Source: Gammaproteobacteria bacterium
GTDB taxonomy: Bacteria > Pseudomonadota > Gammaproteobacteria > Ga0077536
Assembly (NCBI GenBank): GCA_050184115.1
Contig: JBFXAQ010000001.1
Location: 1,002,304 to 1,066,303, forward strand
Reading direction: 5' to 3'
Length of the DNA: 64,000 nucleotides
The translations under genes and the position numbers were made by a program. Within the stretch, counting starts at the first letter, position 1. Every line of letters begins with the position of its first letter. Shown here piece by piece: positions 37,852 through 48,300 of this stretch. Below the pieces are notes generated by a model. That model did not search any database. It was not told where the DNA came from and was given only the letters and a program-made list of their open reading frames with translations.

Positions 37852-39642
37852 TTAGTAAACGCGTTTCTTCGGCGGCACGACGTCGACGTCGTCGCTCAAG
37901 GTGTACATGTGCACCGGGCGGTAGTCGAACTTGACCGCACCGTCTTCGCCGAGCCACGTGAGGGTGTGTTTCATCCAGTTCTCGTCGTCGCGATCCGGGT
38001 AGTCCTCGCGCGCGTGCGCGCCGCGACTCTCGGTGCGGTTGGCGGCAGCAGCAATGCTGACCATGGCGCAGCCGAGCAGGTTGTCGAGTTCGAGCGTCTC
38101 GAGCAGGTCGGTGTTCCACTTCAGCGAGCGATCGCTGACCTTGACCTTGGGGAAGGCGGCGAAGGTCTCGGCGAGTTTGACCTTGCCTTCCTCGAGCACG
38201 TCGCCGGTGCGGAACACCGCGGCATAGTTCTGCATGGTGCGCTGCATGTCGAGGCGCAGCTTCGCAGTCGGTTCGCTGCCGTCGGCATGGCGCAGCTTGT
38301 CCAGGCGTGAGAGCACGCGGTCGACGGCGTCGTTGTCGAGCGTCGGGTGGGACTGGTTGCGGACGATCTCGGCCGAGCAGCGCTTGGCCGCGGCACGGCC
38401 GAAGACGACGAGGTCGAGCAGGGAGTTCGAGCCGAGGCGGTTGGCGCCGTGTACCGACACGCAGGCGGCTTCGCCGATGGCCATGAGTCCCGGCACCACG
38501 GCATCGGGGTTGCCGTCCTTCAACGTCACCACTTCACCGTGGTAGTTGGTCGGGATACCGCCCATGTTGTAGTGCACGGTCGGCAGCACCGGGATGGGCT
38601 CCTTGGTGACGTCGACACCGGCGAAGATCGCGGCCGACTCGGCGATGCCGGGCAGGCGCTTGTTGATGACATCGGCGCCGAGGTGCTCGAGATGCAGGTG
38701 GATGTGATCCTGCATGGTGCCGACACCGCGACCCTCGCGGATTTCGATCGTCATCGAGCGCGAGACGACGTCGCGCGAAGCGAGGTCCTTGGCGTTCGGC
38801 GCGTAGCGCTCCATGAAGCGTTCGCCGTTGGAATTGGTCAGGTAGCCGCCCTCGCCACGCACACCCTCGGTGATGAGGCAGCCGGCGCCGTAGATGCCGG
38901 TGGGATGGAACTGGATGAATTCCATGTCCTGCAGCGGCAGGCCGGCGCGCAGCACCATGCCGTTGCCGTCGCCGGTGCAGGTGTGGGCCGAAGTGCAGGA
39001 GAAATAGCTGCGGCCGTAGCCGCCGGTGGCGAGCACCACGCTGTGGGCGCGGAACAGGTGCAGCGTGCCGTCCTCGAGATTCCAGGCGATGACGCCGCGG
39101 CACACGCCGTCCTTGTCCATCACGAGGTCGACGGCGAAGTACTCGATGAAGAACTCGGCGTCGTGCTTGAGCGACTGCTGGTAGAGCGTGTGCAGGATGG
39201 CGTGGCCGGTACGGTCGGCAGCCGCGCAGGTGCGCTGGGCGATGCCTTCGCCGAAGTTGGTGGTCATGCCGCCGAACGGACGCTGGTAGATCTTGCCGGC
39301 CTCGGTGCGCGAGAACGGCACACCGTAGTGTTCGAGCTCGATCACGGCGGGAATGGCCTCGCGGCACATGTACTCGATGGCGTCCTGGTCGCCGAGCCAG
39401 TCGGAGCCCTTGACGGTGTCGTACATGTGCCAGCGCCAGTCGTCCGGCCCCATGTTGCCGAGCGCGGCGCTCATGCCGCCCTGGGCGGCGACCGTGTGAC
39501 TGCGGGTCGGGAACACTTTGGTGATGCAGGCCGTGGCGAGGCCTTCCGCCGCCATGCCGAAGGTCGCGCGCAGGCCGGCGCCGCCGGCGCCGACGACGAC
39601 GACGTCGTACTTGTGTTCGATGAGGTTGTATTCAGCAGGCAT
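37852..39642 (-). CDS. sdhA: Succinate dehydrogenase flavoprotein subunit
   Basis: [16 protein letters not shown] (FAD histidine), [26 protein letters not shown]. Confidence 0.98.
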   Translation of the reverse strand: MPAEYNLIEHKYDVVVVGAGGAGLRATFGMAAEGLATACITKVFPTRSHTVAAQGGMSAALGNMGPDDWRWHMYDTVKGSDWLGDQDAIEYMCREAIPAVIELEHYGVPFSRTEAGKIYQRPFGGMTTNFGEGIAQRTCAAADRTGHAILHTLYQQSLKHDAEFFIEYFAVDLVMDKDGVCRGVIAWNLEDGTLHLFRAHSVVLATGGYGRSYFSCTSAHTCTGDGNGMVLRAGLPLQDMEFIQFHPTGIYGAGCLITEGVRGEGGYLTNSNGERFMERYAPNAKDLASRDVVSRSMTIEIREGRGVGTMQDHIHLHLEHLGADVINKRLPGIAESAAIFAGVDVTKEPIPVLPTVHYNMGGIPTNYHGEVVTLKDGNPDAVVPGLMAIGEAACVSVHGANRLGSNSLLDLVVFGRAAAKRCSAEIVRNQSHPTLDNDAVDRVLSRLDKLRHADGSEPTAKLRLDMQRTMQNYAAVFRTGDVLEEGKVKLAETFAAFPKVKVSDRSLKWNTDLLETLELDNLLGCAMVSIAAAANRTESRGAHAREDYPDRDDENWMKHTLTWLGEDGAVKFDYRPVHMYTLSDDVDVVPPKKRVY

Positions 39643-39654
39643 GGAGGGTTCCCG

Positions 39655-40038
39655 TCACGCGGATCCGAAGGAAATCTTGAGCACGGCGACGACGCCGAGC
39701 AGGGCGCCGAAGGCGAGACCGAGCTTCATCGCGACGAGCAGCGCCACCTTGACCAGGTCGTCGTGGAAGTAGTCTTCGATGACGACCTGGAGCCCGAGCT
39801 TGGCGTGGTAGAAGACGGCGACGAGCAGCGCGATCAGCAGTGCGGCGACCAGCGGCGAGCCGATCCAGGCAACCAGCGTGGCGTGGTCGTCGTGCATGTG
39901 GGTGAGCAGCGCGTTCACGAACCACAGGGACAGCGGCACGATGGCGATGGCGGTGAGGCGCTGGTGCAACCAGTGATGGGCACCGCTCTTGGCGGAGCCG
40001 AGGCCGCGCACGCGGCCGAGCGGGCTGCGCAGGCTCAT
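39655..40038 (-). CDS. sdhD: Succinate dehydrogenase membrane anchor subunit D
   Basis: GLGSAKSGAHHWLHQRLTA, HAKLGLQVVIEDY. Start overlaps the sdhC stop. Confidence 0.95.
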   Translation of the reverse strand: MSLRSPLGRVRGLGSAKSGAHHWLHQRLTAIAIVPLSLWFVNALLTHMHDDHATLVAWIGSPLVAALLIALLVAVFYHAKLGLQVVIEDYFHDDLVKVALLVAMKLGLAFGALLGVVAVLKISFGSA

Positions 40039-40424
40039 GCGGCACCTCCCTGCGCGATCACGCAGGCCCAGGTCAGGAGCGTGAGGACGACGGCCGCGGC
40101 GATGACGGCGTAGCCGGTCTTGTAGACGGTGTCGAGGTCGAAGCCCCGGCCGGTGTCCCACAGCAGGTGACGAAGGCCGTTGGCGAGGTGGTAATAGAAA
40201 GCGAAGGTCCAGCCGAACAGCACGATTTGCGTTGGCAACGCGCCGAGGCAGCGCTGCGCTTCGGCATAGGCGACCGGACCGCCGGCCGCTGCCACCAGCC
40301 AGTACAGGATCATCACCGTGCCGACGGCGAGGAACACGCCGCTGATGCGGTGGGAGATGGAGAGCACCGAGGTCAGCTGCGGGCGGTACACCTGCAGATG
40401 CGGTGACAAGGGATTGTTGGCCAT
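40035..40424 (-). CDS. sdhC: Succinate dehydrogenase cytochrome b556 subunit C
   Basis: NPLSPHLQVY, SISHRISG, HLANGLRHLLWD. Confidence 0.95.
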   Translation of the reverse strand: MANNPLSPHLQVYRPQLTSVLSISHRISGVFLAVGTVMILYWLVAAAGGPVAYAEAQRCLGALPTQIVLFGWTFAFYYHLANGLRHLLWDTGRGFDLDTVYKTGYAVIAAAVVLTLLTWACVIAQGGAA

Positions 40425-40497
40425 AGGCGTGTCGTTCGCTGTCAAGAATTGCTCAGGCGATGCGCCGCCGACCCGCCGTGCGGGCATCCGCGGGGCA

Positions 40498-40674
40498 TCA
40501 GAAGTCGATGCACCGACCCTTGCGCTCCCAGTCGCCGTAGCGGGTCGGTTCGAGACCCTTGGGGCCGCCGATTTCGCGCGGTCGTGGCGGCTCGTCCGGC
40601 GGTGTCGCCGGCGCTGCTGCGGAATCGTCGGCCGCCGGGCCCTGCTGGTCCGTTCGCTGGTCTTTCGAGTTCAT
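40498..40674 (-). CDS. DUF1674 / SDHAF4 (Sdh8)-like small protein, 58 aa; not in the ORF track
   Basis: Hand translation: MNSKDQRTDQQGPAADDSAAAPATPPDEPPRPREIGGPKGLEPTRYGDWERKGRCIDF. The C-terminal EIGGPKGLEPTRYGDWERKGRCIDF is the family signature. Immediately upstream of sdhC. Confidence 0.9.
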   Translation of the reverse strand: MNSKDQRTDQQGPAADDSAAAPATPPDEPPRPREIGGPKGLEPTRYGDWERKGRCIDF

Positions 40675-40722
40675 AGGGGGCGTGGTTGCGGCGGGCCCAC
40701 GGACGCCGCCGTATGGGCGGGT

Positions 40723-40751
40723 AGTATCTTTTCGCGGCGTGGGAATTTCAA
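40723..40751 (-). promoter_or_regulatory. sigma70-type promoter for DUF1674-sdhCDAB
   Basis: Minus strand TTGAAA-N17-GATACT. Confidence 0.55.
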
Positions 40752-40808
40752 GCGCACGCCGGTGCCGTTATCCTCCCCAGCTCGCTGCCTCGCGCCAGGG
40801 AAGGACAC

Positions 40809-41267
40809 GTGGCCGGATTCGACAGTCCTGTTCATCTCGCGTTTTCTACGTCGCGCCGCTGGGCGCGGATCGTCCTGCTCGCGCACGTGCTCGTGCTCGG
40901 TCTGGCCTGGCTCGCCCTGCCGGCGGCGGATGCACGGCTGGCGGCGAGCGTACTCGTCTGCGCGAACCTCGGTGCCGGCGTGTATCGACGACGCGTGCCA
41001 GCGGCACGGGACGCGGTCGCCGTGCTGCGTACCCGCGACGGCCGCTGGCGGGTGACCCGTCGCAACGGCCAGGTCATCGGCGCGTCGCTCGTCGGCGTAC
41101 CGTTCGTGCAAGCCTGGTTGACGGTGTTCCGCCTGCGCGCCGAGGACGGTGCGGTGCATGCTGTCGTCCTGCTCGACGACAACGCCCCGGCCGCGCCCTG
41201 GCGCCGCCTGCGCGTGCACCTGCGCTTGCCGCGCGACGACGGCACCGCGCTCGGCCGCGACACATGA
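40809..41267 (+). CDS. YgfX/CptA-like inner membrane protein
   Basis: Two N-terminal TM helices and a beta-rich C-terminus ending VLLDDNA...WRRLRVHLR; AAGGA ribosome-binding site; close to sdhE and ygfZ. Confidence 0.6.
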   Translation: MAGFDSPVHLAFSTSRRWARIVLLAHVLVLGLAWLALPAADARLAASVLVCANLGAGVYRRRVPAARDAVAVLRTRDGRWRVTRRNGQVIGASLVGVPFVQAWLTVFRLRAEDGAVHAVVLLDDNAPAAPWRRLRVHLRLPRDDGTALGRDT

Positions 41268-41336
41268 CGGTACTCCGGCAGCGCCGGTCGGCATCGCGGG
41301 CCGCGTGATCGCGCACCGTCGCGGGCGGGCGCCAGG

Positions 41337-42173
41337 TCAACCGACGTAACGCGTACGCCAGGCGATGAAGAGCTTGTCCACCGGGGTTGCCTCGACCCGC
41401 CGTTCGAGCACTGCGGCACCGTCGGCCAGGGTCAGGGCGGTGGCGCGCAGCACGAGGCGCGCACCCGTCACCGCCAGGCGGGCGTGGCGGCGCTGGTGGC
41501 GCGGCAGCGCGGCGATGGCGGCGACGAGTCGATCGCGGCGCGTGGTGAGCGTGTCGCTGACGAGTGCGCCCAGCGCCGTCGTCCGCCGCGCATCGCGTAC
41601 CTGGCCGGCGCTCAGGCCATGACGCGCGAGCGTGGCGTGATCGAAAGGGAGTGGGCCGGCCTGGCGCTGTGCGCGCAGTTCGAGGACGGCGCGCAGCAGC
41701 TCGGTATCGACCGCGATCGCCCGCACCGTCGCATCGGCGAGGGCGAGACGCGGCGTGGCGAGGCGCGCCAGCCGTTGGGCGAAATCGCCGTGCAGGGCGT
41801 CGAACCACGCGCGCAGGGCATCCTCGTCGCCACGTTCCGTTGCCGACAACGCGTCGTTCAAGCGTTCGACGAGGCCGAGGCAGGTCTCGCGCCACGCCGG
41901 TTCACGCGCGAACAGCGGCTGCAGCGCCTGCGTCAGTACGTGGCGCGGCGCGCTGCCGTCGGCGCGCGCGAGCTCGTCATGCCACCAGGCCAGCTTGACG
42001 TGGGCCACGCCGCGATCGCTGCAGCTCGCCGGGATCGCCAGCAGTTCAGCGCGCAGGGCTGCCGCCGCGCGCAAGGTCTCGCGCAGCGCGGGCCGGTGAT
42101 AGAGGCTCGCGTAGTAGAAATCGCTGCCTGGTGCGCGCGCCGGGTGGAGGGTGTCGGCGGCGGCCGTGCTCAC
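41337..42173 (-). CDS. Squalene/phytoene synthase-fold protein lacking DDxxD motifs
   Basis: GSDFYYASL, ALRAEL, VAHVKLAWWHDEL, KLFIAW. GTG start overlaps the gph stop. Confidence 0.7.
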   Translation of the reverse strand: MSTAAADTLHPARAPGSDFYYASLYHRPALRETLRAAAALRAELLAIPASCSDRGVAHVKLAWWHDELARADGSAPRHVLTQALQPLFAREPAWRETCLGLVERLNDALSATERGDEDALRAWFDALHGDFAQRLARLATPRLALADATVRAIAVDTELLRAVLELRAQRQAGPLPFDHATLARHGLSAGQVRDARRTTALGALVSDTLTTRRDRLVAAIAALPRHQRRHARLAVTGARLVLRATALTLADGAAVLERRVEATPVDKLFIAWRTRYVG

Positions 42174-42826
42174 AGCCACGCGAGAACATCCGCGACCTGT
42201 TCGATGCACGCCGTCGCGCCCCAGCGCGCGGGTTCGTCACCCGGCGCGAGGTAGCCGTAGAGGGCAACCAGCACCGCCATGCCGGCGGCCCGCGCGGCGA
42301 TGACGTCGCGTTCGGCGTCACCGACGTAGAGGCACGCCGCGGCCGGCACGCCAAGGGCCTCGGCTGCCGCCAGCAGCGGGTCGGGGTGCGGCTTGGCGCG
42401 CGGCGTGGTGTCGCCGCTGACGACACAGGCCGCGCGGCGATCGAGCGCGAGCGCGGCGAGCAGCGGCGTGGTCAGCCAGCCGGGCTTGTTGGTCACGATG
42501 CCCCACGCCAGGCCGCGCGCCTCGAGGGTGTCGAGCACCGCGGCCATGCCCGGGAACAGGCGCGACTCGACGGCGACTTCGGCGTGGTAGGCGTCCAGCA
42601 GGCGCTGGCGACGGGCTTCGAACTCCGCCGAGCCGGGTGCGTAGGCGTAGCCGAGCCGGACCAGCGCCGTGCTGCCGTGGGAGACGTGCGGACGGATGGT
42701 GGCGAAGGGCAGCGGAGCGAGGCCGTCGTCGGCGAGCACGCGGTTGAGGGCTCGGGCGAGGTCCGGCGCGGTATCGAGCAGGGTACCGTCGAGGTCGAAC
42801 AGGACCGCGCGGGACGAGGTCGTCAT
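42170..42826 (-). CDS. gph: Phosphoglycolate phosphatase (HAD family)
   Basis: LFDLDGTLLDT, VTNKP, KPHPDP, YVGDAERDV; coupled to ubiG. Confidence 0.88.
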   Translation of the reverse strand: MTTSSRAVLFDLDGTLLDTAPDLARALNRVLADDGLAPLPFATIRPHVSHGSTALVRLGYAYAPGSAEFEARRQRLLDAYHAEVAVESRLFPGMAAVLDTLEARGLAWGIVTNKPGWLTTPLLAALALDRRAACVVSGDTTPRAKPHPDPLLAAAEALGVPAAACLYVGDAERDVIAARAAGMAVLVALYGYLAPGDEPARWGATACIEQVADVLAWL

Positions 42827-43536
42827 GGCGCCGCGTCGCGGCGCAGGTGGACGAGGTAGTTGACGCCGGGTTCGCGGACCACGCGCGCACGCCGCGTGAA
42901 CGGGTTGTAGAGCATGCCGCTGACGTCGAGCACGGCAAGCCCGCGCCGGCGCGCGGCGGCGGCCAGTTCCGAAGGCCGCACGAAACGGTTGTAGTCGTGG
43001 GTGCCGCGCGGCACCAGGCCGAGCACGTATTCCGCCGCGACGACGCCGAGTGCATAGGCGCGCGCCGTGCGGTTCAAGGTCGACACGAACAGGCTGCCGC
43101 CGGGCGCCAGCAGCGCGGCGCAGTCGGCGAGCAGGGCGTCGGCGTCGGGGACGTGCTCGACCAGTTCCATGCAGGTGACGACGTCGAAGCGGCCCGCTGC
43201 CTCCTGCGCAAGGTCGGCCGAGAGCAGCACGCGGTAATCGATGACGAGGCCGCCCTGCGCGGCGTGCTCGCGGGCGACCGTGATCAATTCGGGGCTGGCA
43301 TCGATGGCCGTCACCTGCGCGCCGGCACGCGCCAGCGCTTCGCTGAGCAGGCCGCCGCCGCAGCCGATGTCGGCAACGCGGGCGCCGGCGAGAGTGACGC
43401 GGTCGCCCACGTAACGGAGGCGACAGGGGTTGATGTCGTGAAGGGTGCGACTGGCGCCGTCCGGCTCCCACCAACAAGCCGCCAGGGCGGCGAAGTTGTC
43501 ACGTTCGGACGGATCGAGATTGACCTGGAGCGGCAT
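42823..43536 (-). CDS. ubiG: Ubiquinone biosynthesis O-methyltransferase
   Basis: WWEPDG..TLHDINP, DIGCGGGLLSE, TCMELVEHVPD, LVPRGTHDY. Confidence 0.96.
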   Translation of the reverse strand: MPLQVNLDPSERDNFAALAACWWEPDGASRTLHDINPCRLRYVGDRVTLAGARVADIGCGGGLLSEALARAGAQVTAIDASPELITVAREHAAQGGLVIDYRVLLSADLAQEAAGRFDVVTCMELVEHVPDADALLADCAALLAPGGSLFVSTLNRTARAYALGVVAAEYVLGLVPRGTHDYNRFVRPSELAAAARRRGLAVLDVSGMLYNPFTRRARVVREPGVNYLVHLRRDAAP

Positions 43537-43581
43537 GGCGCGGATGTTACCGGCCCGCCGCGCGGACGCAAGCCGGGGACT

Positions 43582-45252
43582 TCAGTTGGCCAGGACGCGT
43601 AGGACCCGGAAGCCGGTGTAGGCGTCGGCGGTGTCGGCGGCGAGCGCCGCGCGCGCGGCCGAACGGAGCGCACCGGCGTCGTCGGCGTAGGAGCCGCCGC
43701 GCACCACGCGCAGGGCGCCCTCGCCGCGGCGTACGCTGCCGTCGGCAGGCGCGCCGGCATGGTCGTCGAACCAACTGTCGGCGACCCATTCACGCACGTT
43801 GCCGGCCATGTGATAGAGACGAAAAGCGTTGCCGTCCAGGCTGCGGTCGTTCGCCGCGAGCGGGCGCCCGTTCGCCCCACCGTGGCCGAAACGGGCGTCG
43901 TCGGGTGCGAGCTGGTCGCGTCCGGAGGGATAGGCCGCCGTCGATCCCGCGCGCGCGGCGAACTCCCACTCCGCTTCGCTCGGCAGGCGATACTCCGCGC
44001 CGGTGAGTTCAGACAACCACGCGGCGTAGTCGCGGGCCAGGTACCAGTTGACGTTGACCGCCGGCAGCGCCGGTTCCGGCCAGGGTTGTACCGGGCAGTT
44101 GCGGCCGGTGTCCGCGCAGTAGCGCGCGAGTTCGGCCGCGCTGATCTCGAACATGCTGAGCGCGAAGGGGTCGCTGATGTCGACGGCATGACGCGGGGTT
44201 TCGTGTGCGCCTTCGCCGCCCATGTCGAACTGCCCGGCCGCGACGACCACGAGCGCCGGGCCACGGAAGGCATCGCCGACGACGTCGATACAGAACGGGA
44301 GGGCGGCGCCGACCAGGTCCCGGCTGCAATTGCTGCGCGCGGGTACCGACGACGGCGTGGTTGCCGGCGACGCATCCACGGGCGTTGGCGCGGCCAGTGC
44401 GCGCCGCGGTTCCAGCGGCAACGGACGGGCGGCCACCGCACCGGGCTCCGCGGGCGCCGGCAGGGCGGCGCCTTCGGGCGCGGCGCTCGGCACGTCGGTG
44501 TCGCGCGCCGTATCGTCGGCGGCAGGCGTCTCCAGCGGGTCGCCGTCCGGCTGCCGGCTGCGCGCTTCGTGCCATTCGCGTCGCGCGCGCTCGAGGCGGG
44601 CATCGTCGATGGCGAGACGGTCGGCGAAGTCGAGCAGGCGCTCCTGGGCATCGAGGGCGTCGCGTGGATCACCGAGATCCATCAACGCCGTTTCGCCCGC
44701 GATCTGCGCGAGGACGGCATCACCGAGACGGCGCAGCGCGCCGTGTTCGACCAGTTCGGCCCGCGCCGCAGCATCGAGGTCCTGCCACTCGGCGACGAAG
44801 CCGTTCAAGCTGTCCAGGTTCCACACGTTGACGGCGAGGAAACGTGCCACAGGGTCGGGTGCCGGGGCCGTCTCGTGCTGGGCAGCGGCGGGTGAAGCGG
44901 CCGGTGCGGGCGCGGCCGCCGGCCGCCACAGCCACCAGCCGATGCCGATGGCGGCGCAGAGCGCGACGATCACCACGGCGAGCAGCGGGCCGCGTCCGCC
45001 CGCGGCGGCGTTGGTCCCTAGATCGGCGGCAACCGCGGGGATGATTTCCTGGGTGGTGTCGCCCTCGTCGTCCTCGTAGGGAAACACCGTTGGTGATTCG
45101 GGCGCCGGCGCGGAGAAAGGCACGAGTTCACGCTCGCCGGCCACGACGGCGCCGATCAGCTCGCGCCGTTGCAGGCGATAGGCCTCGCGGTCGATGTCGC
45201 CGACCGCGTAGCCACGCGACAGGCCGCGCAACGTGTCCTTGCTCTGCGCCAC
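43582..45252 (-). CDS. Single-pass membrane protein with C-terminal FGE-sulfatase/SUMF1-like domain (556 aa)
   Basis: TM LLAVVIVALCAAIGIGWWLW; GPALVVVAAGQFDMG, YRLPSEAEWEFAARAG, YHMAGNVREWVAD, VVRGGSY, GFRV. No FGE catalytic Cys motif. Confidence 0.88.
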   Translation of the reverse strand: MAQSKDTLRGLSRGYAVGDIDREAYRLQRRELIGAVVAGERELVPFSAPAPESPTVFPYEDDEGDTTQEIIPAVAADLGTNAAAGGRGPLLAVVIVALCAAIGIGWWLWRPAAAPAPAASPAAAQHETAPAPDPVARFLAVNVWNLDSLNGFVAEWQDLDAAARAELVEHGALRRLGDAVLAQIAGETALMDLGDPRDALDAQERLLDFADRLAIDDARLERARREWHEARSRQPDGDPLETPAADDTARDTDVPSAAPEGAALPAPAEPGAVAARPLPLEPRRALAAPTPVDASPATTPSSVPARSNCSRDLVGAALPFCIDVVGDAFRGPALVVVAAGQFDMGGEGAHETPRHAVDISDPFALSMFEISAAELARYCADTGRNCPVQPWPEPALPAVNVNWYLARDYAAWLSELTGAEYRLPSEAEWEFAARAGSTAAYPSGRDQLAPDDARFGHGGANGRPLAANDRSLDGNAFRLYHMAGNVREWVADSWFDDHAGAPADGSVRRGEGALRVVRGGSYADDAGALRSAARAALAADTADAYTGFRVLRVLAN

Positions 45253-45303
45253 GCTAGCCTTGCTCCACGTACATGGTTCGCGGTGTTCCGGCGTACACGC
45301 TCA

Positions 45304-48300
45304 TCAGCTGAGGTCCATGACGACGCGGAAGCCGGTTGCCTCGTCGGCCTGGCCGTCGTGGTTCTTCTCCAGCGTGATGTCGCACTTGCTGAAGGTGTCC
45401 TCGAAGGCGCCGCCGCGGGCGACGACGCCGCTGCCGGAGGTCACCCATTCCTGGACGTTACCGACGTAGTTGTACAGGCCCCAGCCGTTCGGCTTGCCGG
45501 TGTTGACGCCCATCGTGCCCTGGCCCTTGAGCAATTGGCCGTTCTGTTCGAGGCGGCAGTTGTAGTCCTTCTTCGGCTGATCGCCGGCGGCCTCGGCAGC
45601 GTAGGTCCACTCGGCGATGGTGGGCAGGCGGAACTTCTCTCCGGTGCGTTCGGACAGCCACGCGACGTAGGCCTGGGCTTCCTCGACCGAAATGCCGGTG
45701 ATCGGCTGGCGTGCTTCCACGCCGCGGCGCGGTTCACAGCTCTTGCTCAGCACGCAGTAGCGGTTGTAATCGCCCACCGCGACCTCGAATTTGCCGATGG
45801 CGAAGGCCTTGTCGACGCCACTGCCCTTGGGCACGACCACCATGGTCGGGCCGCGCTGGTTGCCCGACACGAAGTAGAAACAGGTGCCCTTCTGGCGTTT
45901 GCCGTGCCCGGCGAGACGGGCCTCGCACGGGTCGGTAGCCGGCAGCGGCGGCGCGATCGGCCGGTCTCCGGTGTCGGTTGCGGTCCCGCCGGTGTCCGTC
46001 GGATGGAGCTTGGCCACCACGCGCGCGTGCTCCTTGCGGAACGTGCCGCTGTCCGCCCATACCGACAGGGCCTTCTCCATCGTCGCCAGAGCATCCTCGT
46101 AGGCGCCGGCCGTGTATTGCTTCTTGTAGGTGTCGAACAATTCCTTGGCGTCGCCGACGCGGGCGTTGAAAGTCGCCTTGAGGCGCACGATGTCCGGATG
46201 CTCGGCCTCGGACTCGTTGGCCTTCTTGAGCAGCTCGCGCGCCTCGCCGAGCATGGCCTTGTCCATGGCCGCGTTGACCTCGGCGGCGTAGCGCGATGGC
46301 GGCACTTCGAGCTTGACCAGTTCGATGGCGGCGATGAGCTGGTTGCCGGCGAACAACTCCTTCGCCTGCTCGATGACCGAGTTGGCGCCGGTGCCGGCGG
46401 ATTCCTTGAGGCCTTCGAGGCGCTGGCCCAGCGCTTGTGCCCACTGGCCCTCCGAGCGGCTGAAGACGCCCGGGTCGAGGACCTGGACTTCGGAGATCTT
46501 CGACATCACCTCGCCGAGGTCGAAGTTGCCGCCGCGCGCGAAGATCTTCTCGAGATCCTGCTTGTTGCCGTCGACGGTGTAGTCGCGCACGGCGTTCTTG
46601 CAGTCGAGCCGCTCCGGCTGCAGCTCGGCGCAGGCCTTGGCGAAACGCAGCGCGGCCGCGAAATCGGTCGCGGCGGCGCGTTGCGTGGCGAGCTTGTAGT
46701 AGGCCGCCGCGAGCATGCGTGGCGCCTCCTTCTCGACGAACGCGTCCTGCGTGTCACCCAACTCGACGCGCAGCGCGTCGAGGGTCTTCTGCGCGGCGAC
46801 GACGTCGTTGGCGCGGGCCTGGGTCTGGAAGGTCTCCTTGAGGCCGTCGACACGCGCGAGGCGCGCCTGTTCGGCCTGCTCACGCTCGAACGCCTCGGTC
46901 GCCGCGGCCAGGGCCGCGCGTTCGTCGGCGAGACCGGGCGCATCGGGTGCGAAGCGTTCGGCGTCGGCGAGCAGGTTGGCGCCCTCCGCGAAACGCTGTT
47001 CGCCGCGCATGGCGGTCGCGCGTTCGATGTAGGTCTGTGCGATGCGCCGACCGTTTTCGGCCAGCCACGGGTCGCCCGGCTCACCGAGCGCGATGATGTC
47101 CTCCATCTTCTGGCGCACGCTGGCACGCCAGTCGCGGTCGGCGGTCGGTTCCTGCAGCAGCTGCTCGATGTCGCGCTTGGCGTCGGCGACGAGCTTCTTC
47201 TCCTGTTCGACGACGAACTGCCGGCGGGAGTCCTCGAGCGACGCCAGGCTTGTCGCGAGCTCGTTCGCCCCGGGCAGGTCGATCAGGGCACGACGGGTGA
47301 CGTCCACGGCATCGTCCCACCGGTCGGCTTCGCCCATGCGGCGCGCGCCGTCGTTGATCGCCTGCGCCAGTGTGCCGCGCAACTCGTCGATGGCGGCGCT
47401 GCCCGGATTGAGCGCGGCGAGTTCTTCGAGGCCGGCCAGGGCCTGGTCGTAGGCGGCCGGTTCGAGTCCGAGGGTGCCGATCTGGGCGCGCACTTCGGCG
47501 AGGCGTTGGTCGAAGCGCGACTGGCGCTGCGCCCGCGCCGCCGTCCGCGCGGCGTCGTCGAGACCGCGCTCGGCCGCGACCCGGGCCTGTTCGGCGCCGA
47601 CGAGCGCGGTGACGTTGTCGCGCGGGGCGACCGCGACAGCCGCCGCCAAGGCCTGGTCGGCGGCGTCATAGCGGCCATCGTCGCGCGCCCCGTAGGCGCG
47701 TTGCAGCAGGGCCATCGCGACCTGGTCGCGCGCGTTCTGGGTGCGCACGTTGCGCGGCGCGATGGCGGCCAGGCGCTGGAGTGCCTGTTCGGCCTGCGGC
47801 GTGACTTCGCCACTGGCCACCGCCGCGGTGACGGCATTGCGCTCCGTGCTCACGGTGCCGTCGAACTGGACGCCGAGCGCGGCGGCGCGGGCGTTGAGTT
47901 CGTGCAGGCCGAGGCCACGCAGCAGGGACTTGAAGTCGCCACCCATCAGGGCGCTCTTGCCCCAGGCCTTGCTGCTCTCGAGTGCGGCGAGGTCCTTGAC
48001 CGCGAGCGGTTGCACCGTCGTGCGCAACTTCTCCAGCAACTCGTTGCCGGGATCGGCGCGGGCGAGATCGGCGATGGCACCGGCGACATCGACGTAGGCC
48101 GCGAGGCCTTCGTCCGAGTCCTCGGCCTGCTGGATGGCGGCAATCGCGGTCAGGATGCGCGCACGGGTCTGCGCGCGGTCGCGGGCGCCCGCAATCTTGT
48201 CGGTGAGGTTGGCGAGGTTGGCACTGTCGGGGATCAGGCCTAGACCGATCTGGCCGAGTTCGTCGGCGTAATCGTAGTCCTCGTTCTCGAGCGCGGTGTT

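Noticed and set aside
45169-48243. 1024-aa plus-strand ORF, and similar long ORFs at 48349-50319, 25291-27678, 27817-29826, 31298-33643 and 14040-16037
   Set aside because: They lie antisense to well-supported genes and have no recognisable motifs. Long shadow ORFs are expected from GC-rich codon bias.
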